DNA from: a virus
Virus record (IMG/VR): IMGVR_UViG_3300025834_000005
Length of the DNA stretch: 64,000 nt
Strand: one strand, 5' to 3'
This document shows positions 16,169 to 25,067 of this stretch, in pieces. Made by a program: the position numbers and the translations under genes. Numbering within the stretch: position 1 is the first letter of the stretch; the number at the start of each line of letters is the position of its first letter. Under the pieces are notes generated by a model. It searched no databases. It was given only the letters and a program-made list of their open reading frames with translations, and was not told the DNA's origin.

Positions 16169-16381
16169 ATGGCAGATAAATTAATGTGTCCTGTTGTGAC
16201 AATCAGAGCATGTAAAGTAGGTGGTGTTTATAGTGAAGAGTATCCAGACGGATGTGACAATTGTGAAATGCTTAACTGGTGGTCGGCTTTCAAATCTGAA
16301 ATCGAGTGTAATGCAGCATACTTCGCTCAAAATTCTGATGACTTAGAAATAAAGGCTGAATTCATAAAAAAATACTCATAA
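16169..16381 (+). CDS. hypothetical Cys-rich protein
   Basis: ORF track. Confidence 0.45.
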   Translation: MADKLMCPVVTIRACKVGGVYSEEYPDGCDNCEMLNWWSAFKSEIECNAAYFAQNSDDLEIKAEFIKKYS

Positions 16382-16451
16382 TGACAAAGACAAAAAAGAA
16401 AAAATACGAATTTGATCAATTTGCATGTAGCACTCATTTTATTTAAAAACC

Positions 16452-16766
16452 ATGACAGAAAAGGATATAATCAATGCGTACTGTAGGATCAGGGAGATTG
16501 ATCAGACAATACCAGACGAAGTATTAGACTTCATGAAAGAAGCGGCTATCGAAAAGCTTGTTAAAGCTAACCAAGATGATGCAAACTGGATTCCATATGA
16601 TTTTTTTATAAAAGAATCACGACCAAAAGTTTCTGGCAAATATTTCATCTGCCGCAAAGATGGTAAAACACATTGGGAAACATGGAACGGTAATGGATGG
16701 GCTTATAATGAGTCAGTCATTAAATATTGGAAAGATATAAAAGCACCTGCAAAATTAAAGCAATAA
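16452..16766 (+). CDS. hypothetical protein, DUF551-like C-terminus
   Basis: WIPYDFF...GKYFICRKDGKTHWETWNGNGW. Confidence 0.45.
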   Translation: MTEKDIINAYCRIREIDQTIPDEVLDFMKEAAIEKLVKANQDDANWIPYDFFIKESRPKVSGKYFICRKDGKTHWETWNGNGWAYNESVIKYWKDIKAPAKLKQ

Positions 16767-16778
16767 AGTCATTTTATT

Positions 16779-16808
16779 TTGTAACCTTTTAATCTTCTTT
16801 ACGTATAA
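16779..16808 (+). promoter_or_regulatory. ECF-type promoter copy TTGTAAC-N16-CGTATAA
   Basis: -35 at 16779-16785, -10 at 16802-16808; upstream of rtcB. Confidence 0.6.
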
Positions 16809-16833
16809 TTAAGAAACAATTAAAAATTACAAG

Positions 16834-18159
16834 ATGTTTGATTTAAAAGGAAAGCACACAGATGCTATTTTATATTTAGATAATTATGAGGACGGTTTAT
16901 TCGAGCAAATCTACCCAATCATTAACTCATATGTATCCAAAGGCTTAAAGGTTCGTATTATGCCAGATGCCCATATTGGTAAAGGTATCTGTATCGGTTT
17001 CACTATGGAATTGGGTCAGTATTTGAATCCGAACTGGTGTGGCGTTGATATTGGCTGCGGAATGCTGTCAGGCAGATTTAAAGCAAATGGCGTATTAGAC
17101 TTAGCCATGATCGATGAAAAGATCAAGAAATTAGTTCCTATGGGATTTAATGTTCATGAGGGTGCTAAGTCGAAAAAGATTCCATATGCCGAAGTACAGG
17201 AATTAGCGAACAAATTTGCTGAAAAGTATAATGAAAAGTTTGGTACTTCTTATGTTGCGCCTTCTTACAATGAGAAATGGCTGAAAACTAAGCTAAAGAC
17301 TATTGGTATGGATGCTGAGAAGTTATTCAAGTCAATCGGAACTTTAGGTGGTGGTAATCACTTCATTGAACTTGGGTATGACGAAGAGTCAAAGGATAAC
17401 TGGATTACAGTTCACTGTGGTTCAAGAAACTTAGGTGTTAAGGTATGTGAGTACTGGCTGAACCAAGCTAAAACACAGTCAAATGATACCTCACCTGAAT
17501 ATCTTGCGGAATTCGATGCTTTGGTTAAGAATACTGTGGATAGATCAACAATACCTCAGTTGATGAAGGAATTAAGAGAGAAATATAAAAAGGGTATTGA
17601 TCGTGATTACCTTTCAGATGAATTGTCCGTAGGATATTTGTTTGATATGATCTTTGCTCAAAAATATGCTGAATGGAATCGTCAGACTATACTTGATATA
17701 ATCCAAAAGATTTTGAAAGTGAAGGCTTTTGACGAAGTTATTTCATCAGTGCATAACTATGTCGACTTTCATGACTTCATCATCAGAAAAGGCTCTATTT
17801 CATCATATGTGGGTCAAAAAATGATTATTCCTTTTAATCAAAAGGATGGTATGCTTATCTGCGAAGGTAAATCAAATCCTGACTGGAATAACTCTGCGCC
17901 ACACGGAGCAGGTAGACTCTATTCAAGATCGAAAGCTAAGGAATTGATCACTCTTGAAATGGTTGAAGAATCAATGAAAGGAATCTATTCAACATCAGTA
18001 TGTAATTCGACTATTGATGAATCGGTTTTTGCCTACAAAGATTCTAAAATGATCGAAGAAGCGATTCAAGATACCGCAACAATTCTTCATAGGGTAAAAC
18101 CTATTTTGAATATTAAGGATTCAACAGCCGCTCCAAGACGTTCGAAGAAAAATCAGTAA
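16834..18159 (+). CDS. rtcB: RtcB RNA 3'-phosphate/2',3'-cyclic phosphate ligase
   Basis: IMPDAHIGKGICIGF, CGVDIGCGM, GGGNHFIELG, HCGSRNLG, SAPHGAGR: the full set of RtcB metal/GMP-histidine motifs. Confidence 0.93.
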   Translation: MFDLKGKHTDAILYLDNYEDGLFEQIYPIINSYVSKGLKVRIMPDAHIGKGICIGFTMELGQYLNPNWCGVDIGCGMLSGRFKANGVLDLAMIDEKIKKLVPMGFNVHEGAKSKKIPYAEVQELANKFAEKYNEKFGTSYVAPSYNEKWLKTKLKTIGMDAEKLFKSIGTLGGGNHFIELGYDEESKDNWITVHCGSRNLGVKVCEYWLNQAKTQSNDTSPEYLAEFDALVKNTVDRSTIPQLMKELREKYKKGIDRDYLSDELSVGYLFDMIFAQKYAEWNRQTILDIIQKILKVKAFDEVISSVHNYVDFHDFIIRKGSISSYVGQKMIIPFNQKDGMLICEGKSNPDWNNSAPHGAGRLYSRSKAKELITLEMVEESMKGIYSTSVCNSTIDESVFAYKDSKMIEEAIQDTATILHRVKPILNIKDSTAAPRRSKKNQ

Positions 18160-18163
18160 AAAT

Positions 18164-18197
18164 AAAGCCACGTAATTGTAACCTTTTACGTGGCTTT
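18164..18197 (+). terminator. terminator hairpin whose loop contains the next promoter's -35 element
   Basis: AAAGCCACGTAA / TTACGTGGCTTT 12-bp stem; loop TTGTAACCTT. Confidence 0.6.
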
Positions 18198-18205
18198 ACG
18201 TATAA
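18176..18205 (+). promoter_or_regulatory. ECF-type promoter copy TTGTAAC-N16-CGTATAA
   Basis: -35 at 18176-18182, -10 at 18199-18205. Confidence 0.6.
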
Positions 18206-18222
18206 CTAAGAAAATTAAATAA

Positions 18223-18690
18223 ATGGAGAACGCATTGAATAATCAGAAATTAAGCATTTTTAGCGAAATAAGCGATTTCACAAAAGATATGGCGATTTTA
18301 ACAGGCTCACTCGCATTAATAATGCATAATCAGCTTATAGAAAGAGACGCAGGTGATCTTGACATTATTCTTCCGTATTATATTGACTTATCATCATTTG
18401 GTAAGATTGAAAGATTTAACAATCCATATAGTACGGTTTGTTTTGGTCTTAGATACAGAGGATGTGAAATTCATGCAATTATAGACCCTGAATGTCATTA
18501 CACCTCAATGTCACACAACGAAAGAACGTTTAAACTCTCAAATATTCATGATATATGGATTGAGAAATTCAAATCATTTATGTTCTTTAATACGCAAAAG
18601 AATTGTAAAGACTTGAACGAATTGATTCAAAGGAATCTTGTAACAAGGGCTGATAATTCAATAGACTTTAATGACTTAATAAAATCATGA
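18223..18690 (+). CDS. minimal nucleotidyltransferase (Pol beta superfamily)-like protein
   Basis: LTGSLALIMHNQLIERDAGDLDIIL fits G-S-x(9-13)-D-h-D-h. Confidence 0.4.
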   Translation: MENALNNQKLSIFSEISDFTKDMAILTGSLALIMHNQLIERDAGDLDIILPYYIDLSSFGKIERFNNPYSTVCFGLRYRGCEIHAIIDPECHYTSMSHNERTFKLSNIHDIWIEKFKSFMFFNTQKNCKDLNELIQRNLVTRADNSIDFNDLIKS

Positions 18691-19136
18691 GAACGCCTAT
18701 TATTAATGAGAGGATTAAGCCTGAAACAGCTATAATCGCTAAAGACCTTGGGTTTGACGAATATTGTGATCAGTGGTATGAAATAGCTAAGAAAGATATC
18801 ATTGAGTATGATTCAACAAAAATTCAATTTGAAAAGGGCGAAGTTATAGATGCTGCTATGCGCAATTATAATAGTCAGAATACCGATAATAATAACTGGC
18901 GTATATGTTCAGCACCAAATCAAAGTTTATTACAACGATGGTTGAGAGAGAAATATAATTTACACGTTCGAGTTGATATTTCTTTAAATGTATTCGAAGA
19001 AAACTGGTATTTCGAGGTGCAAAAAATACCAGTCGGTGTAACATATATGGTATCTGAATCTACGCCGTTTTTCAATTCATATGAAGAAGCAATGGAAGCA
19101 GGTTTATTAACAGCATTAAAACAAATTAAATTATGA
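18687..19136 (+). CDS. hypothetical protein
   Basis: ATGA overlap. Confidence 0.5.
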   Translation: MRTPIINERIKPETAIIAKDLGFDEYCDQWYEIAKKDIIEYDSTKIQFEKGEVIDAAMRNYNSQNTDNNNWRICSAPNQSLLQRWLREKYNLHVRVDISLNVFEENWYFEVQKIPVGVTYMVSESTPFFNSYEEAMEAGLLTALKQIKL

Positions 19137-19378
19137 AATACATCATCTACGAACTTACCCAGCCAAACATTTTACAAAAAATGGTTCCAGATGGCTATTA
19201 TGTTAAAGAATTGGTGCGCAATGTACTTGAAGAACTCGATGAACCGATGATTTCGTCGAATCACGATACATACGATCTTGCGATGCGAGAAATCATCGAG
19301 AATAAGGATAAATTAAAATACAAAAATCTTACCATACTGCCGATCATATCAATCAAATGGAATGGGGATATATATTAA
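19133..19378 (+). CDS. hypothetical protein
   Basis: ATGA overlap. Confidence 0.5.
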   Translation: MKYIIYELTQPNILQKMVPDGYYVKELVRNVLEELDEPMISSNHDTYDLAMREIIENKDKLKYKNLTILPIISIKWNGDIY

Positions 19379-19754
19379 GAACATGAGAGTAGAATATATT
19401 ATAATCATCATTATCTTCATACATTGGGTTGGGGATTTCCTTTGTCAGACTTTCGAAATGGCTACGAAGAAAAGTACAAGCAATTTTCATCTTTTTACAC
19501 ATGTTTGCATATATTCGCTTGTGTGGCTGTTCGCAGGTATATTCTTTTTTAGACTTGAGCAAGTAATGGTATTTGTCTGCATCACATTTCAAACGCATTT
19601 CATGGTGGATTATATTACAAGTAGATGGACTTCGAAGCTTCATAAGAAAGAAAAATTTTATGGCTTTCCAGCATTTTTTAGCGTAATTGGCTTAGATCAG
19701 TTTATACATTACGCACAATTAATATTGACTTATATGCTAATAAACACATTTTAA
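19362..19754 (+). CDS. membrane protein, DUF3307-like
   Basis: HWVGDFLCQT (HxxxDFxxQ) plus several hydrophobic segments. Confidence 0.45.
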   Translation: MGIYIKNMRVEYIIIIIIFIHWVGDFLCQTFEMATKKSTSNFHLFTHVCIYSLVWLFAGIFFFRLEQVMVFVCITFQTHFMVDYITSRWTSKLHKKEKFYGFPAFFSVIGLDQFIHYAQLILTYMLINTF

Positions 19755-19784
19755 TTGTAACCTTATATAATTATTTACGTATAA
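19755..19784 (+). promoter_or_regulatory. ECF-type promoter copy TTGTAAC-N16-CGTATAA
   Basis: -35 at 19755-19761, -10 at 19778-19784. Confidence 0.6.
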
Positions 19785-19794
19785 CTAAGAAAAT

Positions 19795-20124
19795 ATGAGT
19801 ATGATGAGAATAAATAATATGAGTTATAGTGGCAACAACATAGTTATTTCCAAAGGAAAGGTTATAATTGATGGCGTTGACGTAACACCTGATTCAAAAA
19901 AAATCAACATTGTTGTTGACGGTAACATCGATAAATTGAATGTGGATACTTGCGATACACTACAAATAACTGGTGATGTGGACACAGTGTCTACTATGTC
20001 TGGCGACGTTGATATAACTGGTAATGTTACTGGCAGTGTTAAAACTATGTCTGGCGATGTTAAATGCGAAAATATCGGCGGTGGCGTATCTACTATGTCT
20101 GGCGATATCAAATACAGAAAATAA
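19795..20124 (+). CDS. beta-helix repeat protein, bactofilin-like (polymer-forming)
   Basis: Repeated (S/K)TMSGD(V/I) units and G-x-V/I periodicity; the DNA repeat actatgtctggcga occurs three times. Confidence 0.4.
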   Translation: MSMMRINNMSYSGNNIVISKGKVIIDGVDVTPDSKKINIVVDGNIDKLNVDTCDTLQITGDVDTVSTMSGDVDITGNVTGSVKTMSGDVKCENIGGGVSTMSGDIKYRK

Positions 20125-20813
20125 TGAAATTTTTAATTCAAATAGATAAAGGCAGAGTAATACATGATTTTGCCTTCACATTGCTTGAGAGTATTGAGTA
20201 TCTAAACTGGATTTCAGACGAAAAAATAGTGACGTACAGGCTCACTGAAAACTCAATGCCAGCTGGTTTTGTGCCGATAGGTACTGTTGAGTTTGTTAGC
20301 GACTACATTGAGAAATATTCAGGTAGTAGACCTAAGCCTATAAATATACCAGCTGAATTAATGTCACATGAATTTACCCATAGGCATGTGAAGAACGGTA
20401 CTGAACTGGACATTGTTCAGAAGTCATTTGTAAAATCGAGTGACCACATCAAGTCATTCGCAGAGATTTGCGATCATGCACCAATGGGTAACTACCAAAT
20501 ATCTGATATTATCGAGATTGAGAGCGAATGGAGAGCATTTGTATACAATGGTAAGTTAGTTGGGCTTCAAAATTATTCTGGAAGTTTTACCGAGTTTCCC
20601 AACGTGTACTCAATTCAATGTATGATTAATGCTTATAAGTCAGCACCCATAGCATACACATTAGATGTTGCAATTACAAAAGGCGGATGGACTTCGGTAA
20701 TTGAGGTTCATGACTTTTTTAGCTGTGGATTATACGGATTTGCTGATCACAAAATACTACCATTCATGTTTTCAAGATGGTATGGCGAATATATACGTAA
20801 TTTAGCTTACTAA
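20124..20813 (+). CDS. ATP-grasp fold protein (phage DUF4343-like)
   Basis: SEWRAFVYNGKLVGLQNYSG and a C-terminal ..VIEVHDFFSCGLYG pattern; start at ATG 20124 (TAATG overlap). Confidence 0.45.
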   Translation: MKFLIQIDKGRVIHDFAFTLLESIEYLNWISDEKIVTYRLTENSMPAGFVPIGTVEFVSDYIEKYSGSRPKPINIPAELMSHEFTHRHVKNGTELDIVQKSFVKSSDHIKSFAEICDHAPMGNYQISDIIEIESEWRAFVYNGKLVGLQNYSGSFTEFPNVYSIQCMINAYKSAPIAYTLDVAITKGGWTSVIEVHDFFSCGLYGFADHKILPFMFSRWYGEYIRNLAY

Positions 20814-21013
20814 TGGCGGAAATAAGAAATACAGGCGCAAAATTCAAAATATACGACGTCACAGAAATACAAAAAGTTTATGCTCAACATGCTTATCATT
20901 GCGGAACAGTTTTATATTCTACTGATGGGGGCTATGTCTGGCAATCAGTTGGGATGGACTCTGGAAAATGGGATTATCATAATTGGCTATTCGCATTCAT
21001 TAGTTTTAAATAA
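20813..21013 (+). CDS. hypothetical protein
   Basis: TAATG overlap. Confidence 0.45.
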   Translation: MAEIRNTGAKFKIYDVTEIQKVYAQHAYHCGTVLYSTDGGYVWQSVGMDSGKWDYHNWLFAFISFK

Positions 21014-21022
21014 AAATACAAT

Positions 21023-22081
21023 ATGAAAGATTTATTAATAACAGCATTCAGGGATATTCAGGCTAAAGGTATTATTCCGCTTCAAAAAGACGGATTATAT
21101 CACACAGGCGATATATGCGCAGCGAATAATAATTGGTATAAGGCTGAATCCTTTTTATTTGACACTGACAATTACGAAATTTTTAGTGTAAAAAGACTCA
21201 CTGATAACGTTGAATTCCATATAGGCGACAGCTTTATCTGGTGTGAAGAGAAAATTTTAACGATAGATAAAATCAGTTATGAGGGTGGGTCAATTCTATT
21301 GAAAAATTCGGCTCGTGATAAAATAGCATATGGCGGTAACGTGCTATTCGCAAAAAAAGCGAATATTAAAAATATGCGTAGATTTGAATTAATAAAGAGA
21401 TACCCAAATAGTCCTGAATTAGGTGTAGTTGGATATGTCGGATATAAAGGTTTAAAACTTGAAGATTTTATAATGTTTACAGACAATTGGAAAGAGATTG
21501 AGAAATCTTTCAAGGTTTTACGATATGCTGACGGTTTCAGCGAATATTATTTAAAAAAGAATGGTATGTATACCGTTAACGGTAAAGACGAATACAGCTA
21601 TGCCGATTTAGCTCATTTCGTTAATAAAAATCTCCATATAAAAACTGTTCGCAGAGAATCTGATGGTGTTAATTTTACTCTTGGGGATAAAATAGTTAGC
21701 AGTAATAACAGTGTTTGTGCTATTGAGAGATTTATGATATCTGCTAATTTTTCCGACATAAAAATATACTCAAAAGACTCTGTATTAACATATATATCTC
21801 TTGAAAAAGCTGTATTGGTCGATATGCTATTCACAACAGCCGATGGCGTTATAATTACTGAGAAAAATTTTAATAATTACGACTACTTTTATGTGGGTGA
21901 AAATTACGGTATCTCACTTATTTGTTTTCCTATGGATTATGATTACAGCAGGTATCTAAACACTCTATTCACATCAAAAAAAGCTGCTGATAAATATATT
22001 TACGACCATAAGCCAGTATACACTGAAAAGGAATATCAACAAGCCTTAGCACCGAAAGGTGGTGACGGTATGTTTAACTAA
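21023..22081 (+). CDS. hypothetical protein with an internal duplicated module
   Basis: SVKRLTDNVEFHIGDSF and KTVRRESDGVNFTLGDKIV look like two copies of one module. Confidence 0.5.
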   Translation: MKDLLITAFRDIQAKGIIPLQKDGLYHTGDICAANNNWYKAESFLFDTDNYEIFSVKRLTDNVEFHIGDSFIWCEEKILTIDKISYEGGSILLKNSARDKIAYGGNVLFAKKANIKNMRRFELIKRYPNSPELGVVGYVGYKGLKLEDFIMFTDNWKEIEKSFKVLRYADGFSEYYLKKNGMYTVNGKDEYSYADLAHFVNKNLHIKTVRRESDGVNFTLGDKIVSSNNSVCAIERFMISANFSDIKIYSKDSVLTYISLEKAVLVDMLFTTADGVIITEKNFNNYDYFYVGENYGISLICFPMDYDYSRYLNTLFTSKKAADKYIYDHKPVYTEKEYQQALAPKGGDGMFN

Positions 22082-22085
22082 TATA

Positions 22086-22601
22086 ATGGCAGAACTAATA
22101 TTTAATCGTGTGTGGGAAATGCCTAATAGTCGAACATTCGACATTAGATGCATTAAGAAACTGATCGGTAAGTATCATGCTGACGGTGTTGTAAGTATTG
22201 ACCCTTTCGCTAATTTGAATAAAATTGCAAGCATTACCAATGACTTAGACCCTGACATGGGAACTACGTATAATTTAGATGCTATGGACTTTTTGAAATT
22301 ATTTAAGGATAATAGCGTCGATTTTGTCTTATACGACCCACCATATTCAACACGTCAGGTATCTGAATGCTATAAGAAATTTGGTAGGACTGTGAATATG
22401 CAGACAACCCAAGCAAGCTTCTGGGGTAATTTAAAAAAAGAAATTGCTCGAATAGTTAAGCCTAATGGATTAGTGATCTCATTCGGTTGGAACTCAAACG
22501 GCATCGGTAAAACATTAAATTTTGAACAGCTTGAAATATTGATGGTTGCACATGGCGGAATACATAACGACACAATTTGCACCGTAGAACGTAAAAAATA
22601 A
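22086..22601 (+). CDS. DNA methyltransferase (DPPY motif; N6-adenine or N4-cytosine)
   Basis: VDFVLYDPPYS catalytic motif; start at ATG 22086. Confidence 0.65.
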   Translation: MAELIFNRVWEMPNSRTFDIRCIKKLIGKYHADGVVSIDPFANLNKIASITNDLDPDMGTTYNLDAMDFLKLFKDNSVDFVLYDPPYSTRQVSECYKKFGRTVNMQTTQASFWGNLKKEIARIVKPNGLVISFGWNSNGIGKTLNFEQLEILMVAHGGIHNDTICTVERKK

Positions 22602-22606
22602 ATATT

Positions 22607-22762
22607 ATGGACTTTGTATTATATGATAAAGAAATTTCAGAAAAGATTACATCACACGCAACTGTACGTCTCGACGAATTAGTGCAAGTACTAAAGGAAA
22701 ACCAAAGCAGCGGAATTCACCCAACATTCGAATTAACATATATAAGAAAAAATCATGCATAA
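22607..22762 (+). CDS. small hypothetical protein (51 aa)
   Basis: ATG 22607 to TAA 22760-22762; overlaps the next start; below the track cutoff. Confidence 0.35.
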   Translation: MDFVLYDKEISEKITSHATVRLDELVQVLKENQSSGIHPTFELTYIRKNHA

Positions 22763-23522
22763 AAATATTACAACAATAGAATTTAAGGATATCATATCCT
22801 TTCCATGCTTATCATGCGATTTGGGTGACGGCGACTGGTGCGTGACAACCTCTCTGTTTACAGTGCCTCGACATTACTTCCAGTTAGCATTACTATCGGA
22901 TGAAAGTTTCGTACCAAGGAACTCGCCCATATATTATGATGGTGAGATACATCAATCAAAAACAAATGAACCTAACGTGATGATAGTCGCTATATTTCCA
23001 AAAATGTATGAACTGCCAACATTTACGGATGAATTTATAGCTGAATGGCTTATAACACGACCAACTGGTGTTGATGTGGCATATTTGGAAGAAATGGGAC
23101 AAGATTATCATAAAGCTAAACTGTTCGTATTCAATGATTTGGTTCATTGTAAAATAATCGAACCGTTATTTAATGCCGAAGAAATAATCGAATTACATAA
23201 GAGAAATGATATTTCCACCAATATAACTACAGAGGTTTTAGCTGAAATGGAAACAAAACTTGATAAAGCTCTTGAAGATGAAAGCGAGGAAACCCTAACA
23301 GCTTGGGTTGAAGAACAGCGTGAAAAAGACAAAATTCTATGTAAGCTTATCCCTAAAACGATGGCATTTGAATTTGCTGAATATTGTGGAGAAGGCTATA
23401 TTAAATGTGGCGGTGGCTGGATGTCTAAATATGCATCGCAAATAAAATCAAGCATTTATACAACAGCCGATTTATTCGAATCATATAAAACGTTTAAATA
23501 TTTTTTTACAAATGGAAGATAA
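22755..23522 (+). CDS. hypothetical protein
   Basis: ORF track. Confidence 0.5.
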   Translation: MHKNITTIEFKDIISFPCLSCDLGDGDWCVTTSLFTVPRHYFQLALLSDESFVPRNSPIYYDGEIHQSKTNEPNVMIVAIFPKMYELPTFTDEFIAEWLITRPTGVDVAYLEEMGQDYHKAKLFVFNDLVHCKIIEPLFNAEEIIELHKRNDISTNITTEVLAEMETKLDKALEDESEETLTAWVEEQREKDKILCKLIPKTMAFEFAEYCGEGYIKCGGGWMSKYASQIKSSIYTTADLFESYKTFKYFFTNGR

Positions 23523-23616
23523 AAGAGTTAAATGCCTAAGTTGTGGTATTATACATTATAGCGTTATTTGTCCAAATTGTAATTCTGTGGTTTGTGCTGA
23601 TGTTATCGATAAATAA
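23512..23616 (+). CDS. small zinc-ribbon protein (34 aa)
   Basis: MEDKRVKCLSCG...CPNCNSVVC: two CxxC pairs. Confidence 0.35.
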   Translation: MEDKRVKCLSCGIIHYSVICPNCNSVVCADVIDK

Positions 23617-23628
23617 AATTCACCAAAT

Positions 23629-23658
23629 TTGTAACAAATACATATTTTTCACGTATAA
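23629..23658 (+). promoter_or_regulatory. ECF-type promoter copy TTGTAAC-N16-CGTATAA
   Basis: -35 at 23629-23635, -10 at 23652-23658. Confidence 0.6.
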
Positions 23659-23676
23659 TAAATAAAATTCACGATA

Positions 23677-23958
23677 ATGGAAATAGATGAACTGAAATTA
23701 GGAAATGATCTTCACGAAAAAATCAAAAAATCTGATGACCTTTTGGATTGCTTTGATTGGATTGCCGAAGATGAAAATGGTAACGTAACAAACTGCGGAA
23801 GTAGAAACCCAAGGCTAATCATCGAATTTGACGGTAATGACGATGATCGGGAAACCATGAAAGTCCCTTTCGTATTAAATCCTGTCTTAATCGAAATGAT
23901 TAAAGATTTCATTAGACATGAGAGATTTAAATTAGCCAAAGAATTTAAGGAATTGTGA
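23677..23958 (+). CDS. hypothetical protein
   Basis: ORF track. Confidence 0.5.
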   Translation: MEIDELKLGNDLHEKIKKSDDLLDCFDWIAEDENGNVTNCGSRNPRLIIEFDGNDDDRETMKVPFVLNPVLIEMIKDFIRHERFKLAKEFKEL

Positions 23959-24114
23959 AAATACCCAACCCAAAAACAGAAATTGCTTATTGGGAAGAGG
24001 GACAGAAAAATCCATACCCTTGGTATAAGAAAGGGTTTTTCAAAAAGTATCTAAGAAAGAAATTTCTACGAAAAATATTCGCACAGGATAATAACAATCA
24101 TAAATAATAAAAAC

Positions 24115-24483
24115 ATGTATAAAGAGAACGAAGTAGAAGGAACTGTCTTAGAATTTGACGGCGAGGTAATTGCAACAGCTGAACAATGTAACGGCGAAAT
24201 AATTCCGACAAAGGAATTATCAAATAATAATGGTTCATTCAAAGGATTTAGTCCTGCTGAATATTATCTGTTAACAGTTAAGTCATTATTGCTATCGCAA
24301 TTATCATTAATGCGTAATGTATTCCCAGATAGTGACGCATGGTATTGCGGTTCAGCTATTATCGGCGATCTTAGCAATTGTAGAAATTTGAGTTTTGTAT
24401 TTGGCTCAGAAGAAGATGCCGAATCCATTAAAGAAGGCTCAGATGTTTACGTTGAATTACCTTATCCTGTAGTAAATGAATAA
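24115..24483 (+). CDS. hypothetical protein
   Basis: ORF track. Confidence 0.5.
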   Translation: MYKENEVEGTVLEFDGEVIATAEQCNGEIIPTKELSNNNGSFKGFSPAEYYLLTVKSLLLSQLSLMRNVFPDSDAWYCGSAIIGDLSNCRNLSFVFGSEEDAESIKEGSDVYVELPYPVVNE

Positions 24484-24694
24484 TTGGATTAAATTAGAAG
24501 CACAATTTCCAGCAAATGGTCGAGAGGTTATTTGCTGGAATGGCACATCTGCTGTAATGGCTATCTATTTCGATGGTATCGGAGGTGGCTTTCAGGCTCA
24601 ACGCTATGCGACAATTGGTGATAGAATATCAGTATTATACTGGAATAATGTAACTCATTGGATGCCAAAACCCTTAAAACCAGAGGAATTGTGA
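24476..24694 (+). CDS. DUF551-like protein
   Basis: WIKLEAQFPANGREVICWNG...NVTHWMPKPLKPE. Confidence 0.5.
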   Translation: MNNWIKLEAQFPANGREVICWNGTSAVMAIYFDGIGGGFQAQRYATIGDRISVLYWNNVTHWMPKPLKPEEL

Positions 24695-24963
24695 GCATAC
24701 TTCAAGATATCATCGAATCATATGATGACGAAACATTTTTAAAAGCCGATGGCTTCGACGAAGCAATTATAGGCGTTGATGAAGCCACTATGAGACTAAT
24801 CTATTCAGTATCCAAATGTTTGGATATATTAATCAAACGTGATGGACTGTTATGGGAAGAAGCTGTTGAGCATTTCAACTTCAATGTAAGCGGAGCATAT
24901 ATGGGTGTGAAAACGCCAATCTGGTGTGAAGATCAATTTGAATCCTTTCGTGATGAAAAATAA
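24658..24963 (+). CDS. hypothetical protein (conserved phage family; start may be GTG 24691)
   Basis: GFDEAIIGVD...AVEHFNFNVSGAYMG; GTGA overlap at 24691-24694. Confidence 0.5.
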   Translation: MDAKTLKTRGIVSILQDIIESYDDETFLKADGFDEAIIGVDEATMRLIYSVSKCLDILIKRDGLLWEEAVEHFNFNVSGAYMGVKTPIWCEDQFESFRDEK

Positions 24964-25007
24964 TCTACAATCACCCCGAAAAATATTTCGAAAATAATTA
25001 AAGATTT

Positions 25008-25037
25008 TTGTAACATTTGAAAAGTTCTTACGTATAA
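25008..25037 (+). promoter_or_regulatory. ECF-type promoter copy TTGTAAC-N16-CGTATAA
   Basis: -35 at 25008-25014, -10 at 25031-25037; heads the TROVE/RNA unit. Confidence 0.6.
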
Positions 25038-25067
25038 CGAAGAAACAATAATTAAAACAATAAAAAT

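Noticed and set aside
19824-20111. 95-aa minus-strand ORF opposite the TMSGD repeat gene
   Set aside because: It mirrors the sense-strand repeats, and no start context or promoter motif is present. The + strand ORF fits the cassette structure.
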